Source: Lingula anatina (Eukaryota > Animalia > Brachiopoda). Taken from it: 64,000 nt of DNA. Numbering within the stretch: position 1 is the first letter of the stretch; each line of letters opens with the position of its first letter. The stretch spans positions 15,496,587-15,560,586 of the forward strand of contig CM120648.1 in assembly GCA_051362555.1 (NCBI GenBank). Reading direction: 5' to 3'. This document shows, piece by piece, positions 1 through 14,972 of this stretch. The notes under the pieces were generated by a model, which saw only the letters and a program-made list of their open reading frames with translations, was not told the origin of the DNA and did not search any database. The position numbers and the translations under genes were made by a program.

Positions 1-2371
1 CGCTGATAGGAGTGGTACGAGTGGCGGTGATGTAATTGAACTTTTCATTTAGCCTGTGATTTGCATATGGCATCTCCACGATCGGTTTTGAGAGTGAAAG
101 TTTTTTTTTTACTTTTTATCAACCTATGAACCTTTTGTACCATCTTTTTTTCGCGTCTGTGATGTTTTGGCCAACTTATTTCGCGCAAAATTTGTATTAA
201 TCGCCTGAAGGGACGTGGGGCGGCGTAAAGTCAACCGCCTTATTGAAAAGGCAAGGAGGTTGCATGACAAAGCCTGGAGTCAAAATTACAATTAGCATTA
301 GAAATGCCCCGTTCACCCCCCTCCTCCCCGGGCGTTTCTGCTCCATTCGCTGTCGCTCTGTCCAGTTACTGGTCAGTGGATATTGTTGGATTTATAGATG
401 ACCCTGGCATGTTGCCTCTTTCACACACAGGACAATTAAAATAATATAAGACCCAAACGGCCACAGGTCTTAGCTTTCTTTGTCCCGTCTGTACAATATA
501 GCGCAGATGCTGAGCTCACTTATGCTCCAATTCGGCTGACCAAACCGGAGTCAAAACAGCAGAATTATCAACGAACTCAACATACCATCTTCTTGTGAGT
601 TTATCCCCTTTGACCTTGCAATTGTTAGTCGAAACTACAAAATATTATTTGAGAATCAACTACACTTGAAATTGGCTGATTCGGGAGAGGGTTTAATGTG
701 CCACGCGACTCAAGCGCAATGTTTTATTAAAGGACTCCCACTTACACTGTACCAGCCTTGACATAAACACCATAAAAACCAAAATCAAAATATTAATGAT
801 AAAATCAAATCAAATAAAATAAAATAAAATAAAACCAAGATAAATAAATAAATAATAAATAAAGTAAATAATACAATCTCTCAGTCTAAATTTCATTGGT
901 GAAGTGCATTGCCCTCGGCTCACCAATCTCACTGGATGAAATTCATTTGTTTTGATTCAGTTTTCTAAATCAACCTCATTTCTATAGATGTATCTGTATT
1001 GTGTCTTCGTTTAGGACACATGGTTTAATGAGGCTTTCATTTCCGACCATCACATAACCTAATATCCTGTGCATTTTTGGATCAATTACCTTCTCCTATT
1101 ATCTTTTGTATTTTTGGAAAATTTTGTCTTGTTTTAATGGAAAATAACGGTTAAACGTTCATTTGATAGGTAGCGAATCGTTAATCATAATTTTTCTTCA
1201 TTGTAATTGACCTTTCCGAAGTTCGTCTCTAACATATGTGTAGTTATTCATCGATGAAACTAACAAAAATAATATGAGCGATACTATTGTTACTAGAAAA
1301 ATACGAGAAATTAATTGATTAATTGGTTATGGATAAATGAAATAAGAAATTAATTGAATAGACTGAAACATAAAATCAACTACATCATAGATCAGGGTGA
1401 CCTAAGTAATGGCCCAAAACTATCTCTCTCTCACTATCTCAAATAATAATAATAATAATAATTATTATTATTATTACAATGATAATAATAATACTTATAG
1501 GACGCAGTTTAGGGCTTCACTTTTAATTCTTTGAGGTAATTAGACAATATGTCGCGTTTCCGCGTAAGGTAAGTGTCGCAAATAACATCAACTGCATTTT
1601 GTTAATTGAAAAATCCTCTTTTTATAATGCTTGAATACGGTTGTCTATTAACAGCCATTATAATCAGGATGCGTGGGGGTAAAAATTCTCATCGACTTCG
1701 AATTCAGCCTTGAATTTAACTTTTTAAGCAACTTCATTCAAACGTGGCGACCTGCATCTTCGAGAGCCACGAAAACCGATGTTTACAGTTTTTTTATTGC
1801 ATTCACCTAAAACTGATTTTTCCTCAGGAAATCGACCTTGACTGCAGCTGGCAAATTCCTCGTCTAAATCTGTATGTTTCGTGCATGGAGGTGTGCGATG
1901 CTCCAGCCATTGCAGTTTTCCCACCGTCCATTAACTTTAATGAAATAATCGGGAGCATCTCTTTTTTCTAATCTGTTCCTAAAGGTCAGGCATCGCTGAT
2001 TTGTAAACACATTTCTTGCGCAAAAGCGGTGAAGGCTGATTTGATTGAGCAAAATGTGTGTTTGATAATGGTGGATAATGGTATTTGGATGAGATCGGTA
2101 TTCTAAAAATAATGCAAAGAAATGCAGGGGAATGTCTTTTCTCTTTTTTTAGATCAGGTCTCCCTCGTCTGAAATGAAAAAAAAATGAAGAGACAGCGTT
2201 GTTTGCGAACAAGTGAGAGCTAGACATTGGCCTGGCGTATTTTAATCCTCCATGTTATTAATTCAGGGACAAAAAGGGTCAGTTTGCACAAGTCAATATT
2301 AAAGTGGAGATATGTACATGGTTGATATGTGGTTTTCTTTTATTTCCATGAAATTAATGTCTGATAACAGA

Positions 2372-2418
2372 TATTCTATTCTATTCTATTCTATTCTATT
2401 CTATTCTATTATATTCTA
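2372..2418. repeat. (TATTC)n microsatellite
   Basis: Direct observation. Confidence 0.9.
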
Positions 2419-3587
2419 TGACAATTCACAATATTGGACCCTTTCCCGCAAGACTTTTCTAAGGTAAAGACATAACACACATGTGCATATTCATCGCCAT
2501 AATATTAAACTTTTCGATTCCTTATTTCCAACTTGTTTTTAACTTGTATTTGTTTGAGCAAAAGAGATTTTGTGCATTTGATGGCGAACATCAAGTTCGA
2601 TTCTGGAGTCGAAATACAGCACACGTTTTGTCTGGTTTGTGTGTGCGGCTATCTCTGCAACTCTCTTCACTGGATTGACGGCTTGCTTGGGTTCATGATC
2701 CCTGAGTTGCAAGAAAAAACGCTATTTTTTATTTTGTCTATTTAGAAAGTAGCTGGGCCACAAGCTTCTGGAAGCCAACAGAAAAAGCACACAACATTAG
2801 GAGTAGTTACATTTCGAACAAACGATATGCATGGCATTAAGCTCATTTTTGTCACGTGACTTAAGTGATTTACCCTATTAACATCATTTCATTCCTCGAT
2901 GATCGTTTTACATTGTTGTTGGACAAGTAACAGCCAGCAGCTGGTAAATTCCAATTTAATGTAAATATATATATATCTTTCATTTTTCAAATACTCTTGT
3001 GTACTTTGGTACATGGTTTATGAAATGGATATCTGCTTATCTGAATACATACTCTGAAACATACTTTACAGTTCATCTCCTCTTCTCTGCTTTATGTTAC
3101 AAATGTAGAAGCTTGCTTTGGTGCGTTGTTGAACATTACCAGTGAACATACACAATATTAAAGTGATTCTGAATTCTTATCTCTGAAAAGATATCTATAT
3201 GGAAACAATCCTATCTCTATCATTATTTGTCAAACCAAATCATATCTTTAAATATGGTCACCCACGAGTAAATGTAAAATTGTTTATATTGACATTATGG
3301 CTAATAAGTGGTTATAAAATACAAAAAAGGAGGAAAAGATAAAAAAGCCAATTAATGTACAGTTTAGTTCGTCTTAATCTCGAACAAATCAGGCTTAACC
3401 TATCCTCCTTAATAGTCATGAATTCCTCCCTAATGATTAGCCATTCTTTTCAGAAATTCTCATAAACGCCTTCCTTGTTAGATAGGTCAACATATATCGT
3501 TCTTATCTGACTAACAACTGTGCTAATATCGATAATAAGTCTTAAATTTAAGTCGACATTTGCCAAATACGTTGACGGAAGTTAAAA

Positions 3588-3650
3588 AATATAATATAAT
3601 ATAATATAATATAATATAATATAATATAATATAATATAATATAATAACAT
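3588..3650. repeat. (ATAAT)n microsatellite
   Basis: Direct observation. Confidence 0.95.
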
Positions 3651-4509
3651 AAAAAATCTTGAAGCTAGTTCAAGTCGTATCTGGGATTTAAATGTAATAT
3701 TACCGATTTAACTTTTAGTAATCGAAGAGGTTAAATAGCAGTTAACCTGGCGGGTCCGCAGTGTTTCGTACATAGAATCGACGGATAATTGGCTTTCCGT
3801 CCACGCTCTTATAAGACCGGTATTAAAACCAATGGGATATTTGCAGTTAACTCTTCAAAGCTGAGCCTTCAACTGTTCTTACTAAAAAAAGCAATTCGGA
3901 AATGGACTAATGTAAATCGTTAATCAAAAGCTAAAAGGCATGGGGGCATACAAACCCAAAGTGATTCACCAATTACTCGTCTCTTTTCCCCTATGTCTGA
4001 CAACGCAGGCAAGCTCCAATTAGAATTCACAAATCAGTTTCGTGAAAACGTGGAATAGCTTTAAAAACTGCAGCGAGCACAGACTCCCACTTACACAATT
4101 TATATTAAAAGAAATATTCGTCAATGTGAACGGGGCTCAGCCTAATTGCAATTGTAAATCGGTGTTGGCCCGATTGAGGTCAGTGATCTTATACCAAAGG
4201 GCAGTTATTAAAACCGCCTCGTCTGTAGCGTTATTGCAAAGTCAAGGCATTTATGCTCAGAGGAGCGCGCAAATGTTTCTAATGTTATGTATTATGCAAC
4301 GACTACTCACAAACTCCTGATTCAATTCCGAACTTTTTTGACGTCTTGGGAAATTCCATTTCCCTTCTCACGTAAGTGATCGGCGTATTGAAAGCTGTCT
4401 GGTTTTGTGTACTTTAGCTATGTAACGGAAACCTATTGCGATGGAGCCAACACGCTCACTCAAGATAAACCTTTTCGGGAAATTAAAGTTGTATCTGAAC
4501 ATTTTTATA

Positions 4510-4662
4510 GAGGGCATAGATCTTGGATACGCAGGGGCCCTGTTGAAGGTCTAAATACAATGACTGAAGAAAAAGAAAAATGTCTGGAAAATATTCCCGG
4601 CTGTTTTTTTTTTAATCGTCGAACATTTAGTTTGCAGTGAATGTCCTTAACTATATGCCCTG
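4510..4662. mobile_element. Degenerate hAT-like MITE candidate
   Basis: gagggcataga ... tatatgccctg imperfect short TIRs. Confidence 0.35.
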
Positions 4663-5031
4663 TATCAAAATCTTAATTTAGAAGATCTTACAAAGCTCCA
4701 CTGATTTCACGTCCATACAATTGATGATGTGTCACTTTATGACGTCAATTGTCTCTTCAATGTCATTTATGCACTTAACACGAACTTTGAAAGAGACGTG
4801 TGCTTATTGGTGTGTATCAGAAAGGACAGGGCGTTATTCTTTACTGTCAAAGGACAGCGGCGACTTCATCTTAACTATAGTTAATACATAGGAAGAGGAA
4901 ATAAAATTGTTTCTATTCTTGGATTCAGAATGTGTGTGTCACCGTCCAATGACACATCAGTTTGTCCTTTCTGCCACAGAGTCACAGCAGTGCATACTAT
5001 TGAAATATTTATTCAGTAGTTTTTGACGTTC

Positions 5032-5178
5032 AATGCTGCAGATACAACCAAACTTGATCCTCGGGGAATATATTTAGATGTTATTAGGGGTTGTTGAGGC
5101 TAGGTACCAAGTGGGTCGGCCATATGTGATCCGCGGGTCTGTTAGTACGCGGATCATCTGGTTGTGAATTCAGCCTTC
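5032..5178. mobile_element. Degenerate foldback MITE family A-related copy
   Basis: The right arm gtgggtcggccatatgtgatccgcgggtctgttagtacgcggatcatctg matches the arms at 41897-41946 and 56907-56941. There is a weak left arm (aatgctgcagatacaacca..tgatcc). Confidence 0.6.
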
Positions 5179-6907
5179 AACGTGAAGCTTCTTGGTATTA
5201 CTCAGGACGTACATGTAACTCTTCCCCTCGGTAATGCACTGAAGTACGTCGAAATAACATGAGCTTACCAAATGACAACGTATCAGAGGACTTTTTCCAA
5301 GAAACGTACAAAACCACGACTAAAATAAGCTATGACCATCTGAGTGATAAGAACAAACACTTGTCGAAGAAATAATTCAGCCTAATCCGTCTCTGATTAT
5401 TATTCCAGAATTATTCAGATCGAAACAGTCAAGTTGCAAATATCCCATATTTTGTTCGACAGACGGCTGTATCACAATGGTGTATTAATTAAACATCATT
5501 CGTTTTCGTTGTATGTGTTTATTGACGCGCGTATGCCAAAGCAGACAACGCTCTGTCTCTAATTGACGGCAGATTAACAACTTAATCCGAGATATCAATA
5601 GGGTTATCTCAGTGCGTAAGTTCAAGTTCGGTTATTCAGGTATATAGGCCAGTAGGACCAAAAAAAAAAAAACTTTGATGGCAAGGACTGACATGAGCTT
5701 TTCCCATACCATTGGCGCATAACCAAACGCAAAAAATAGAGGGGGAAGAATATACATGCATTTTTTTATTCTCTCCTTCAAATTCTGATAGTTTCAGTTG
5801 CATACAACACTGTAACTGTTTAAAATAGTAAATTTTTACTGTTTAAACAATGTAGTAAATGGCCTTCGTAATACACAGATGTAGAGGACCTTTTTCAAGT
5901 AGTGAAATCAATGGGGCTGTCGTTGATAGAATATAATCACTTTGAGTCCGATTATCAAATTGAGATACATTTCATAATCCGTTTAAGACGACGACAATAG
6001 CAATGGCACATTTGACGTACTTATGTCACATCAGTGAAACAAATCAGTACTCAATCTGATGACACGTCTGGGGGCTTTGTGTTTCTCAGTATTGTGTAGA
6101 TCGAGCAAGCATACATGTAGCTATGGAATCCGTTTTAGTTGCTATATTCCCCCAGTCCATTAAAATTCAACACAGGTTTTGACACGTTCGTGTTACGAAA
6201 TAACCGTCACTGAATATTATATGACAGAAAGACAAATGTCTTACGTGATCCTATAGAAACGTAGATTCAATTTGCAAAGTATCAATGCCAGTCCGTTTTA
6301 TGGAACGTTTATGTCAATAAAAATTCCAACATATTTGTGTTTCAAATTAAAGCTAATACGTTAATATCTGTGCTGGGTCTTTCATATTCATCACGCGATG
6401 GAGAAGTTGAATTCATTTACATGCATCTCTCAGCTTTTAAGATCTCGAAAAACTAAGTACGACGTATTCATAGATGGCCAGGAAACGTCAAATCAACATG
6501 ATGAGATAGTTATGGTGGGTCCTAAGGTGTCAAAGTCGAAGGCGATCCAGACGATGATGAGACTGCCCATAACTTGGTTCAAAATGACTTTTCAGAAAAC
6601 GCGTGTTCTAAATCTTTGTACAGCTTTTGTGCGTGTGCGTGCGTGCGTGTGTGTGTGTGTGTGTGTGCGTTTAAGAGAGAACTTTGGGATTTCTACTATG
6701 CAGGGTTCCAAACTGCAGACAGCTTGTCTTATTCTTTTGAGTCATTTTTAACATACCCCCATTATGCGTGGTCAGAATTCTACACTTCGTATCCATTTTG
6801 TCTGTAATGAAACGAGGGATTAAGCGCATATGTACATTTTCAGGATTATTTATAATAGTTAGGATCAACGTAAGGCATTTTCGTGTCAAGCTTAACATAT
6901 TGGCGAA

Positions 6908-7055
6908 ACTAAGGTCCGTGTAACAGAAAGTCCGTCCTCCATATAGTTATAATGGTAGAGTTAGCCCGACCTAAGTGGGTCAAAATCTAAGGCGAGGCTT
7001 ACCTGTACAAACGAATGGGAAACGGACTGGGGGCTCTCTGTCACGTTATACCGGT
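6908..7055 (-). mobile_element. MITE family B copy, inverted relative to 18565-18726
   Basis: The reverse complement reads ccggtataacgtgacagagagccccc...tagattttgacccacttagg...ataactatatggagga...acacggacc, matching 18572-18720. Confidence 0.75.
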
Positions 7056-8211
7056 ATATTTTAATGTATCGACAGCTTTAGAACCTCGATATGACTACAC
7101 GGCCTGCTAATAAACTTCTGTCGGAAAAAAAGGAAGCAAACTCGTGTAAAACTAAAACGTGTACGACAGTATGGTTAGGGGTCATCTTTTTATCATCGTT
7201 TACTACTGTATAAACCGATCGCAAGGCCCTCTGCACGCTTTCGAAAAATAGCAAAATGTCGACCCAAATTGCCGTCAAAGGTCATAATAATTTTCTTTAC
7301 AAAATGCGTTCTCTGAAGGAAGGAGGGGTTCTGGAAAAAAAAACTCTTTGTAAACGGATGAAAATGGTGATTATGAACGACATCTTACCCCCAGTGCATG
7401 TTTCTTGTTATTTACATGGTAAAACTTTTCAAAACACACTGGCGCAACTTTATTGGTAAAATAAGATACATGATGTATAAAGCTCAAAGTGTAAATAACA
7501 TATTTGTAGAGGAATATGATATTTACTGTACATCCATCTTTATCCGAGTTGTCTACCTCTCATAAAAAGATGCTAAAGCAGCGCAATAAATACAAAATAT
7601 CTATAAAGTGCCTGCTGCGTTCGTCGACGTTGAACCATCACAAAACACATCTTAGCTAATGGGAGTGTAAGTGTTTTGGAAATGAAAACCTCGGTCTTCA
7701 TTTAACTGTCTTAATGGCTAGAACATTTTGTTGGCTTAGTATTACGAAGTGGTTATTTCTTAAGTGATTTATTGCTTGGAAAAGTGCCATAAATCTTCCT
7801 TTGAAGAAATAAGCTATTTCGAAAAAAAAATATCTTAAGCGGTTTCATAAGTCTTCATCTGCCCCAAGGCCAAAGACGTTAGAGCAGATAGAGTAAATAT
7901 TTTTTCAAGGACAGTGATATCTGTTTGGTTTTATGTTATAAATGTATTTGTTTTCACAGCAGATGAACAAGGTATGAAGGTATGGTGGGAAGGGCCGTTC
8001 CGAGAAATGTTAGGACAAACGTGATAGTTTGGGGCGAACTGAAGCACTGAAGCCGTTGTCCTTTTGGCCAGTGTTAGGGCTTATTCCACCAATCCGGTAC
8101 AGAAAAGGAACCTCCAAGTGCGGGGCGGTATCCCTGGTTTAACCCCGTGATTGTGCCCTACTGGTGTCATTGCCATATAGTGGAATATATATAGTATAAT
8201 ATATATGGCGT

Positions 8212-8243
<32 letters not shown>

Positions 8244-8584
8244 GATAGAGACTCTAATGCAAACTGTGCACCGACAGAAAGCACATTTTCGTTGAAAGAG
8301 ATTATCATCCAAGATGCGCTATCTATCTTTGTCATCTCAAATAGCAATAAAAGCTTACACCTCAACGTCTTGATGTTGAGCTTCCTCGGCCAATTTCTGA
8401 GAACTCTAGGTTAAATATATCCAAATATCGTCACCTTTTATCGTAAAGCAAGTAAACTTTAAAATTGGAAAAGCGTTCTATTGGTCAAAACAATGACAAC
8501 CATGTGTTTACTGTGGTAATGTTAAGGGTATCAGGCTAATTCATGGACACATCTCTTACCACGTATATCTTTTTGTTGACAATT

Positions 8585-8589
<5 letters not shown>

Positions 8590-8633
<44 letters not shown>

Positions 8634-8760
8634 AAGAGAGAGAAAGACAGCAAAATAGAAAGAGAATGAGGAAAGCGAGAGAAAGAGACAGAGAGAGAGA
8701 GGAATAGAGAAAGAAAGAGACAGAGAAAAAAAAGAGAACGAAAGAGAAAAGGAGAAATAC
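8590..8760. repeat. (GA)n and degenerate purine tract
   Basis: Direct observation. Confidence 0.9.
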
Positions 8761-11368
8761 AGCACTGAATATTGCCACTGTACTGCATCTAATTCATTAA
8801 TCATATCCATTCTAAGAAAATGATTTATCTAAAGTAATGATTAACTTTTACATTTAATCCTTTATGTCTTTCTATTTAGCCTAGATTTTTTTCCATTCGA
8901 AAAAATGCACATTCAACTAAGTGTCAATAAGTCTTTTTTCTTAGAATGTCACCGGCGGATATTGTAGAGCATTTAGAAGGCATTTTTCGTATCAGTCATT
9001 TTTGCTCGGTTAGACAAAGACTGATCGTAGATTTAGATCGTTTACCGTGAGTCGTCCATCAAAAGTGTAATGTAGCATTGTGATCACGCATATCCCGTAA
9101 TGCAATTGATGATCCATGTAAATGTTAACGCAAAACGCAAATTTGTATTTAATATATTTTTCGGCAGAGGCTTATATGTTTTTATTTAATTGTATTGTGA
9201 GATTAATGGTCTGTATTGATATGGTCGGAGTCGGTCTTTCACACATGCTTTGACGTTTTATTGAATTAAGGCGAGATAAAATGAGAGGAACAAAGTCGAT
9301 TATAAAATGCACCGAAACGCGTCATTAAATTCCTTGTTGTTCAGAGAATAAATTCATATCCCAATTAGATATTGGACCTTTGATGCTTTTTTTTCAAATG
9401 AAATACAAGAATTGATGTACAGCGTACACATAATACGGGGAATTGACGCTTGTTTAGAAAAAGCATTAGAGAAATAATGAAAAACAAAGTGAGGGACAAT
9501 TACGTTAAAAAGAAGACAAGAGGAGAAGTAATAAGATATATTTTATAATAAAGAGAATTAAGAAATTTTCGTCTTGCTTTGTTCGCTGTCATTTTGTAAT
9601 ACTGAAGAAACCCTTTAACCAGTGTTTGCCTCTTAGGAAAATTAGTTGCTGTGGGTATTTTTCCACAAAAAGAAAAAAAATATATATATAATAATGATAA
9701 TAAGTAAATAGGTTGGGCCAACGTCACAGCAGAATTGGAAACGTTTTGAGGAGTTGCGAAAATGACGACAAAGACACCCTAACCAATTCTGTCTCCTTCT
9801 TATCCTCTGTCCATTTTCATTTTTTTTCTTTTTTTCTCTTATTTGAGTAGGTGCATTTTCACAGTCGCTCTCTGTTTTTGTTATTTTTTCTATCTAATCT
9901 GTGCATAACTAGGGAAGCCCTAAAAATGTCGTGATGTAAAGAGCCCTATTTCTGTAAGCGTCGATCTTACAGCTGAAATGCTTTTCCTCACAAAACGCCG
10001 GGGTCTCGCTTGAACGGCTGTCGAACGCTTTTGTCTGTGCACAGGAACCTAACTACTCCACGCGTGTGAGATCAAAAAGACGCAGAGATCAAAAGAAGTT
10101 ATTAAAAAAAGAGGAATAATGATATGAGATATGTTTGACACGAGAACAGTGTGCTTTTTCAAAGCATTTGCGTTTAAAGGAAATATCCGGTGTCTTTTCT
10201 GTATTTATTTGCACAGCTTGGTTTACAGGCGTTGTAATGGCGTTTGCTTGGGTGCAAATTAAAGGCTGCAGCGCATCTCTGATCTATGATTTTCTGCATT
10301 GTATCAGTTAGCAAATAAAATTCGATTTACATTACATAAATATAGTACGGTATTCAAGTTGTGTAAACGGTCTATTCTTATGTGTGTCTATGTTTATGTT
10401 TTGTGTGGTTGTTGCGGAAGAGCCGACATGGGGAGTTGAGGGCAAAAATCTCCGACTTATAACTTTCAAACCATATAAAGTCAAAATGGTTTCATAAAAT
10501 AGAAAAAAGGGTATCCTATGAGCAGGCAAAAGTATAAATAGTACCAATAGGCAATGAGGGTAAAATAATGGTAAATTATAAGGGTTTACTGGCAAATAGC
10601 AAGCAATAGCTGGCAAATGTAGGTGTGAAGAGCAGGCAAGACAACAGCTTTCCAGAGGCGTGTTTGAATTTTTTTGACTGGGCAATTTATTGCGTCTTCC
10701 TTTAAGATCTTCTTAATCAAAGAAAATGACAGTGCTATGTGATATCAAAAGGCAAAATAATGACATTTTATATCACAAAATTGGATTGAAATAAAATATG
10801 TGCTGTTGAATGCATGTGCGTAAGCTTCTACTACATATCACGCGTCTCTTGTCAAATTAACCATTTAGAAAACGCGCTGTCACGACGGAATTGAATTTTA
10901 CATTGCTAATGGTGACGTGAAAGAATAATTTGCAAACATCTGTCTTCAGAAATCATTGTTGATCAGGCGCGTTACGCAAGCATTTCAATTAGCGTTGATT
11001 TCAAGGTATTGACATGGAAAATAATTGCCGTAAATAAGACTAATATGACGATTATTCATTACATAGGGGATTTCAGTCCAAACGACCGTTCCGTTCACTT
11101 ACGCTGTCAGCTTTCAAGTTTAGTTTCATGTCTCCAGAGTCCGTAGGTTTTTGTAAAATTCACATATTTATGTTCAAAACTGGATGGCTTTGTCAGTTAA
11201 AAATGGAAAGGATTATGGGAGTAATTTGAAACTCCGTATACGAATGTGACCAGTAACCTGTTTTGATTTCATCCATAGAAACTTTGATAGTTTTGCTGGC
11301 GATACACCGATGTAATTTCCATTATCTAATTAGTTTATGCAGATATTGAAAATGGCTTAATTCAACAT

Positions 11369-11475
11369 GGCTGTGATTTTCACTCTTTAGTGTAGTCAAA
11401 TTATGGGGCAATACCCATCTATCGGCTGTGATTTTCACACTTTAGTGCAGTCAAAATATGGGGTCAGATACCCAT
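11369..11475. repeat. Tandem duplication, 2 x ~55 bp
   Basis: ggctgtgattttcac.ctttagtg.agtcaaa.tatgggg..atacccat at 11369 and 11424. Confidence 0.88.
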
Positions 11476-13074
11476 TTTTTCCTTTCAATCTATCCAGTAA
11501 AAGTATAGCAAAAGGTGGACGCCGCTCTTGCCTTTCTAATTTCAACTCTAATAACGACACATAGTTTCAGTGAAGTAGCAATTTTCTCTTGTACACACAA
11601 GCTATTATTGTGTAATAACAGTTTATTACAGTGAGCAAACAGTGACATCTGGGGAATATGTTGTAAATCAAAGTTCAATTATCGGTTTTGAATTAACGCT
11701 TACGAAACCTTTTATGGGATCGGCGTGGCCTTTATTGTGGGACAGCCGGGGGATTATTGAAATGATTATGAAATACACCCTTCTATATCTTGATATAAGC
11801 TCTAGACTTATATTATTATATGAACTGAAAGTAAGTGTCCTTCAAAGCAGTTTTACCTTGCTCTCTGCCAGAGACATTTATGTGAAAATAAGAAAAAAAA
11901 AAAAAAATAATAATAATAATAATAATAAATCTGTGACCCTGACGGCGGGTAGTTTTACCTTTCATAATACATATATCTTGCATAATTCTCTTTGTCTTTC
12001 CTTATGGTTCTATCTTAATACAACCCCAAATAGAATTCGTTCTTTCCTTTTTAGTGCCTAGTAAGCACTAAATACGCACCGAGCATGCACATCACGTTTG
12101 AGATACGCGAAATGACTCCAAGAACTCTGCTACGTAATACCCGGAAGTCATGTATTCTGAAACACATTCTGAAATTCATACTGCATGGTCTCTTAAGAGG
12201 ATTAAAGTGACAGTTAACGAAACCTGTGTCATCTTACAGCTTTTTCATGTCTTTACAAACTTGTCATCCTCTCGTCCCAAGTGTCTTTTACATGCTTTTA
12301 AACTAATGAATTTACTACCAAACTAAACAGCTGTCTTGCTAACCGAAGCATAAATGAGTGTCATACATATATACAAGCGCTGTTTTGTCAAAGTCGATAT
12401 TTTTGAAGAACAGGCGTTAAGAAAGACGTTGATTTATGTAAACTAGTGTATATACATCGCATGGCATTCAGTTTACCACCACTAACTTCTGTCAAGTCCT
12501 CACTATGTATCTAATTTATTGACATAATTGGCAACTTGTCTTGAAAAAGGAGACCATTAATCAGATCAAATTGATTGATGTGAACACCAGAGGCAGTATG
12601 AATTATTCTAACTGCAAAGTTTAGCTGACAACAACAAGGAAGTTGTACAGTTTTTCACCGGTTTATGAACAGTTCTGCGTTTGCAAAGTACTGCTCACCA
12701 GTTCCATAGGCCTACACATCAAATGGGGAACTTGATGCAACTTGTCTTTATTCTAAATTGACTTCAGTGGAGTAAAAGCAAGGTGTATTGCTTCCCAAAT
12801 GGCTGGGCTTCTTTTGGTATTCCTTGAAGAGACCGTGGTATTGGCCTCTACATTGTAAGATTTAAGTAAATGATAACATAATCAAACCCTATGTTAAATT
12901 AGACTACCGCTAAGCCTAGCGTTGAAACACGGTCTGTGTGAAAATTCCAATATTACCTCCCCAACAGAATCACCTTTCATCCTCATAGACACCGATGACG
13001 TCTTTTCACTTTTTAGAAAATAATAAGTGACACAGATTCTGGGAAATGACATGCATGCGTGAACAGTACTTAAA

Positions 13075-13297
13075 GGGACCGTTCATATGAAAAATCTATT
13101 TCTAAAAATCTATTTTCTATTCGCGGTATCTTGTGATCACTCTGAGAGCAGCCGAGAATTAATTACAGCTTTGGAAGTAACTGGGTCGCGCTGCCAGTAA
13201 TTACGCCGAGGGGTATTCAGGGCACAGACCGCGATCACAAGATACTGCGAATAGAAAATAGATTTTTAGAAAATAGATTTTTCGTATGAACGGTCCC
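13075..13297. mobile_element. MITE with ~65-bp near-perfect TIRs (PIF/Harbinger-like), 3-bp AAA flanks
   Basis: aaa|GGGACCGTTCATATGAAAAATCTATTTCTAAAAATCTATTTTCTATTCGCGGTATCTTGTGATC ... GATCACAAGATACTGCGAATAGAAAATAGATTTTTAGAAAATAGATTTTTCGTATGAACGGTCCC|aaa. Confidence 0.88.
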
Positions 13298-13347
13298 AAA
13301 CTCTTACGTGATGACACATACAACAGCTGGGACCATGTATCCACATC

Positions 13348-13399
<52 letters not shown>

Positions 13400-13413
13400 T
13401 AATAATAATAATA
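13348..13413. repeat. (AAT)n microsatellite
   Basis: Direct observation. Confidence 0.95.
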
Positions 13414-14865
13414 ACAATTCAACAATGCGTCCAAAACGTTTACAATTTAAAGATTGAACAATCTTAATCAATTTACACCCTAGAATCATCGAAAGATTTC
13501 CCTCCCTGGTAGTGCAAATATGACAAACGAGACCCCCCCCCAGCACCAAGGTAAATAACAGCTACAGCAATACACACCTGAAAATTACGGGAATATTTCA
13601 CCAGCGTCTGCTGTGCCAGATGCCCAGTTTAATTGTCTTCATCGCCGTTAAGCAGTTACTGCTAAGGAAATAATGCATCTCATTTATCAAAGTAAGGATA
13701 ATGCTTTATGATTTCTAGGTAAGCCGCTAGTTAGAACCTGATCATTTCTCTGAAGCTGAGGTATGTTTCATATGTCTAGATGAACCGATGGCAGTTTTTC
13801 GGTCGCGTTCATATACGGACTAAATTTTACCTGGAACAGTAACCTCAGCAGACGACCGAAAGGCTCAAAAATGATGCTTTAAATTTTTGAGAATAGGACA
13901 TTCTACATTGTGTGTGTAATTATGTTGGCTTGTGCTTGCCCTGTGTCAAATGCCGCACACGACTTAATATTTCAGATCTAAGTTTAGTCTAGTGTGAATG
14001 GGTTTAGAGATCTCTATGCCGTCAAATTCATCAGATAACATAAATGGTTTATTCGCAATGTAAGTAAACAGTATGTCTATCTATGAAGATACATGCCAAA
14101 TATCAAGAAAACAACTTGTATTCATTAATTACAACCGTGCATGGCGACCAATTTTTCAACTAGACAAAGGTCTCAAAACGCTCCTCCAACTAACATTCTT
14201 TATCTATAGTAAGCACTAAAATAGTCTATTTCGATATGTGAAACGCTAACACATTGATTTTTTTTGATTTTGCAGTATCAAAATAGATCCAGGCGAACTT
14301 AAGTAAACCGAACAAAATTAGGCTGACACTTGGAAATAAGTCTATAAGCTCTTTGTGCATGTAGTTAATGGTTTTAAATGTTTGATGGCAAACTCTAAAC
14401 ATAGACTTTGCTTTGATTTCGAGCAAATAAATACGGCAAGCCAAATTTCTAATATTGAACTTTATGCACAAATCGTAAATCTCTTCAAGTGACTGCAGAT
14501 ACATGTAGTTTGACACAAGCATGAAACGTGTAAATGAATTGAATCGACTCTAGACATTGGTACTCGCTTTTGAGAATCATTGACTTACACCATATATAAT
14601 TTTACAATTCTTGGGTCTGTTTCACCAAAGAAGCCGAAAATTGTTGTCAACCTTTAGGTCAAATACTCGATCTAGTCCATGTCAAGATGAATTCGTACAC
14701 GTAGCATTTTTGTTAAAGAATGAACAATAAGGATATGAACTTTTATAATAAGCAAGACTATATTGGTGTAAGAAACCCTCATAGCATATTATATAATAGG
14801 ATCGCTATTCATATTGGTTAAAGGTGGACTGATGCGTTGTCCAAAAAATAAAGACCAACTTCTTA

Positions 14866-14972
14866 AGAGAGAGAGAGAGAGAGAGAGTGAGTGAGTGAGT
14901 GAGAGAGAGAGAGAGAGAGTGAGAGAGAGAGAGAGTGAGAGAGTGAGTGAGAGAGAAAGAGAGAGAGAGAGA
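14866..14972. repeat. (GA)n/(GAGT)n compound microsatellite
   Basis: Direct observation. Confidence 0.95.

Noticed and set aside
2960-3180. Possible LINE 3' tail (attaaagtgattctgaattc)
   Set aside because: The resemblance is only impressionistic, with no reverse-transcriptase remnant or second copy visible.
10417-10690. Recurrent ggcaaa/ggtaaa motifs
   Set aside because: No definable period or termini could be found.
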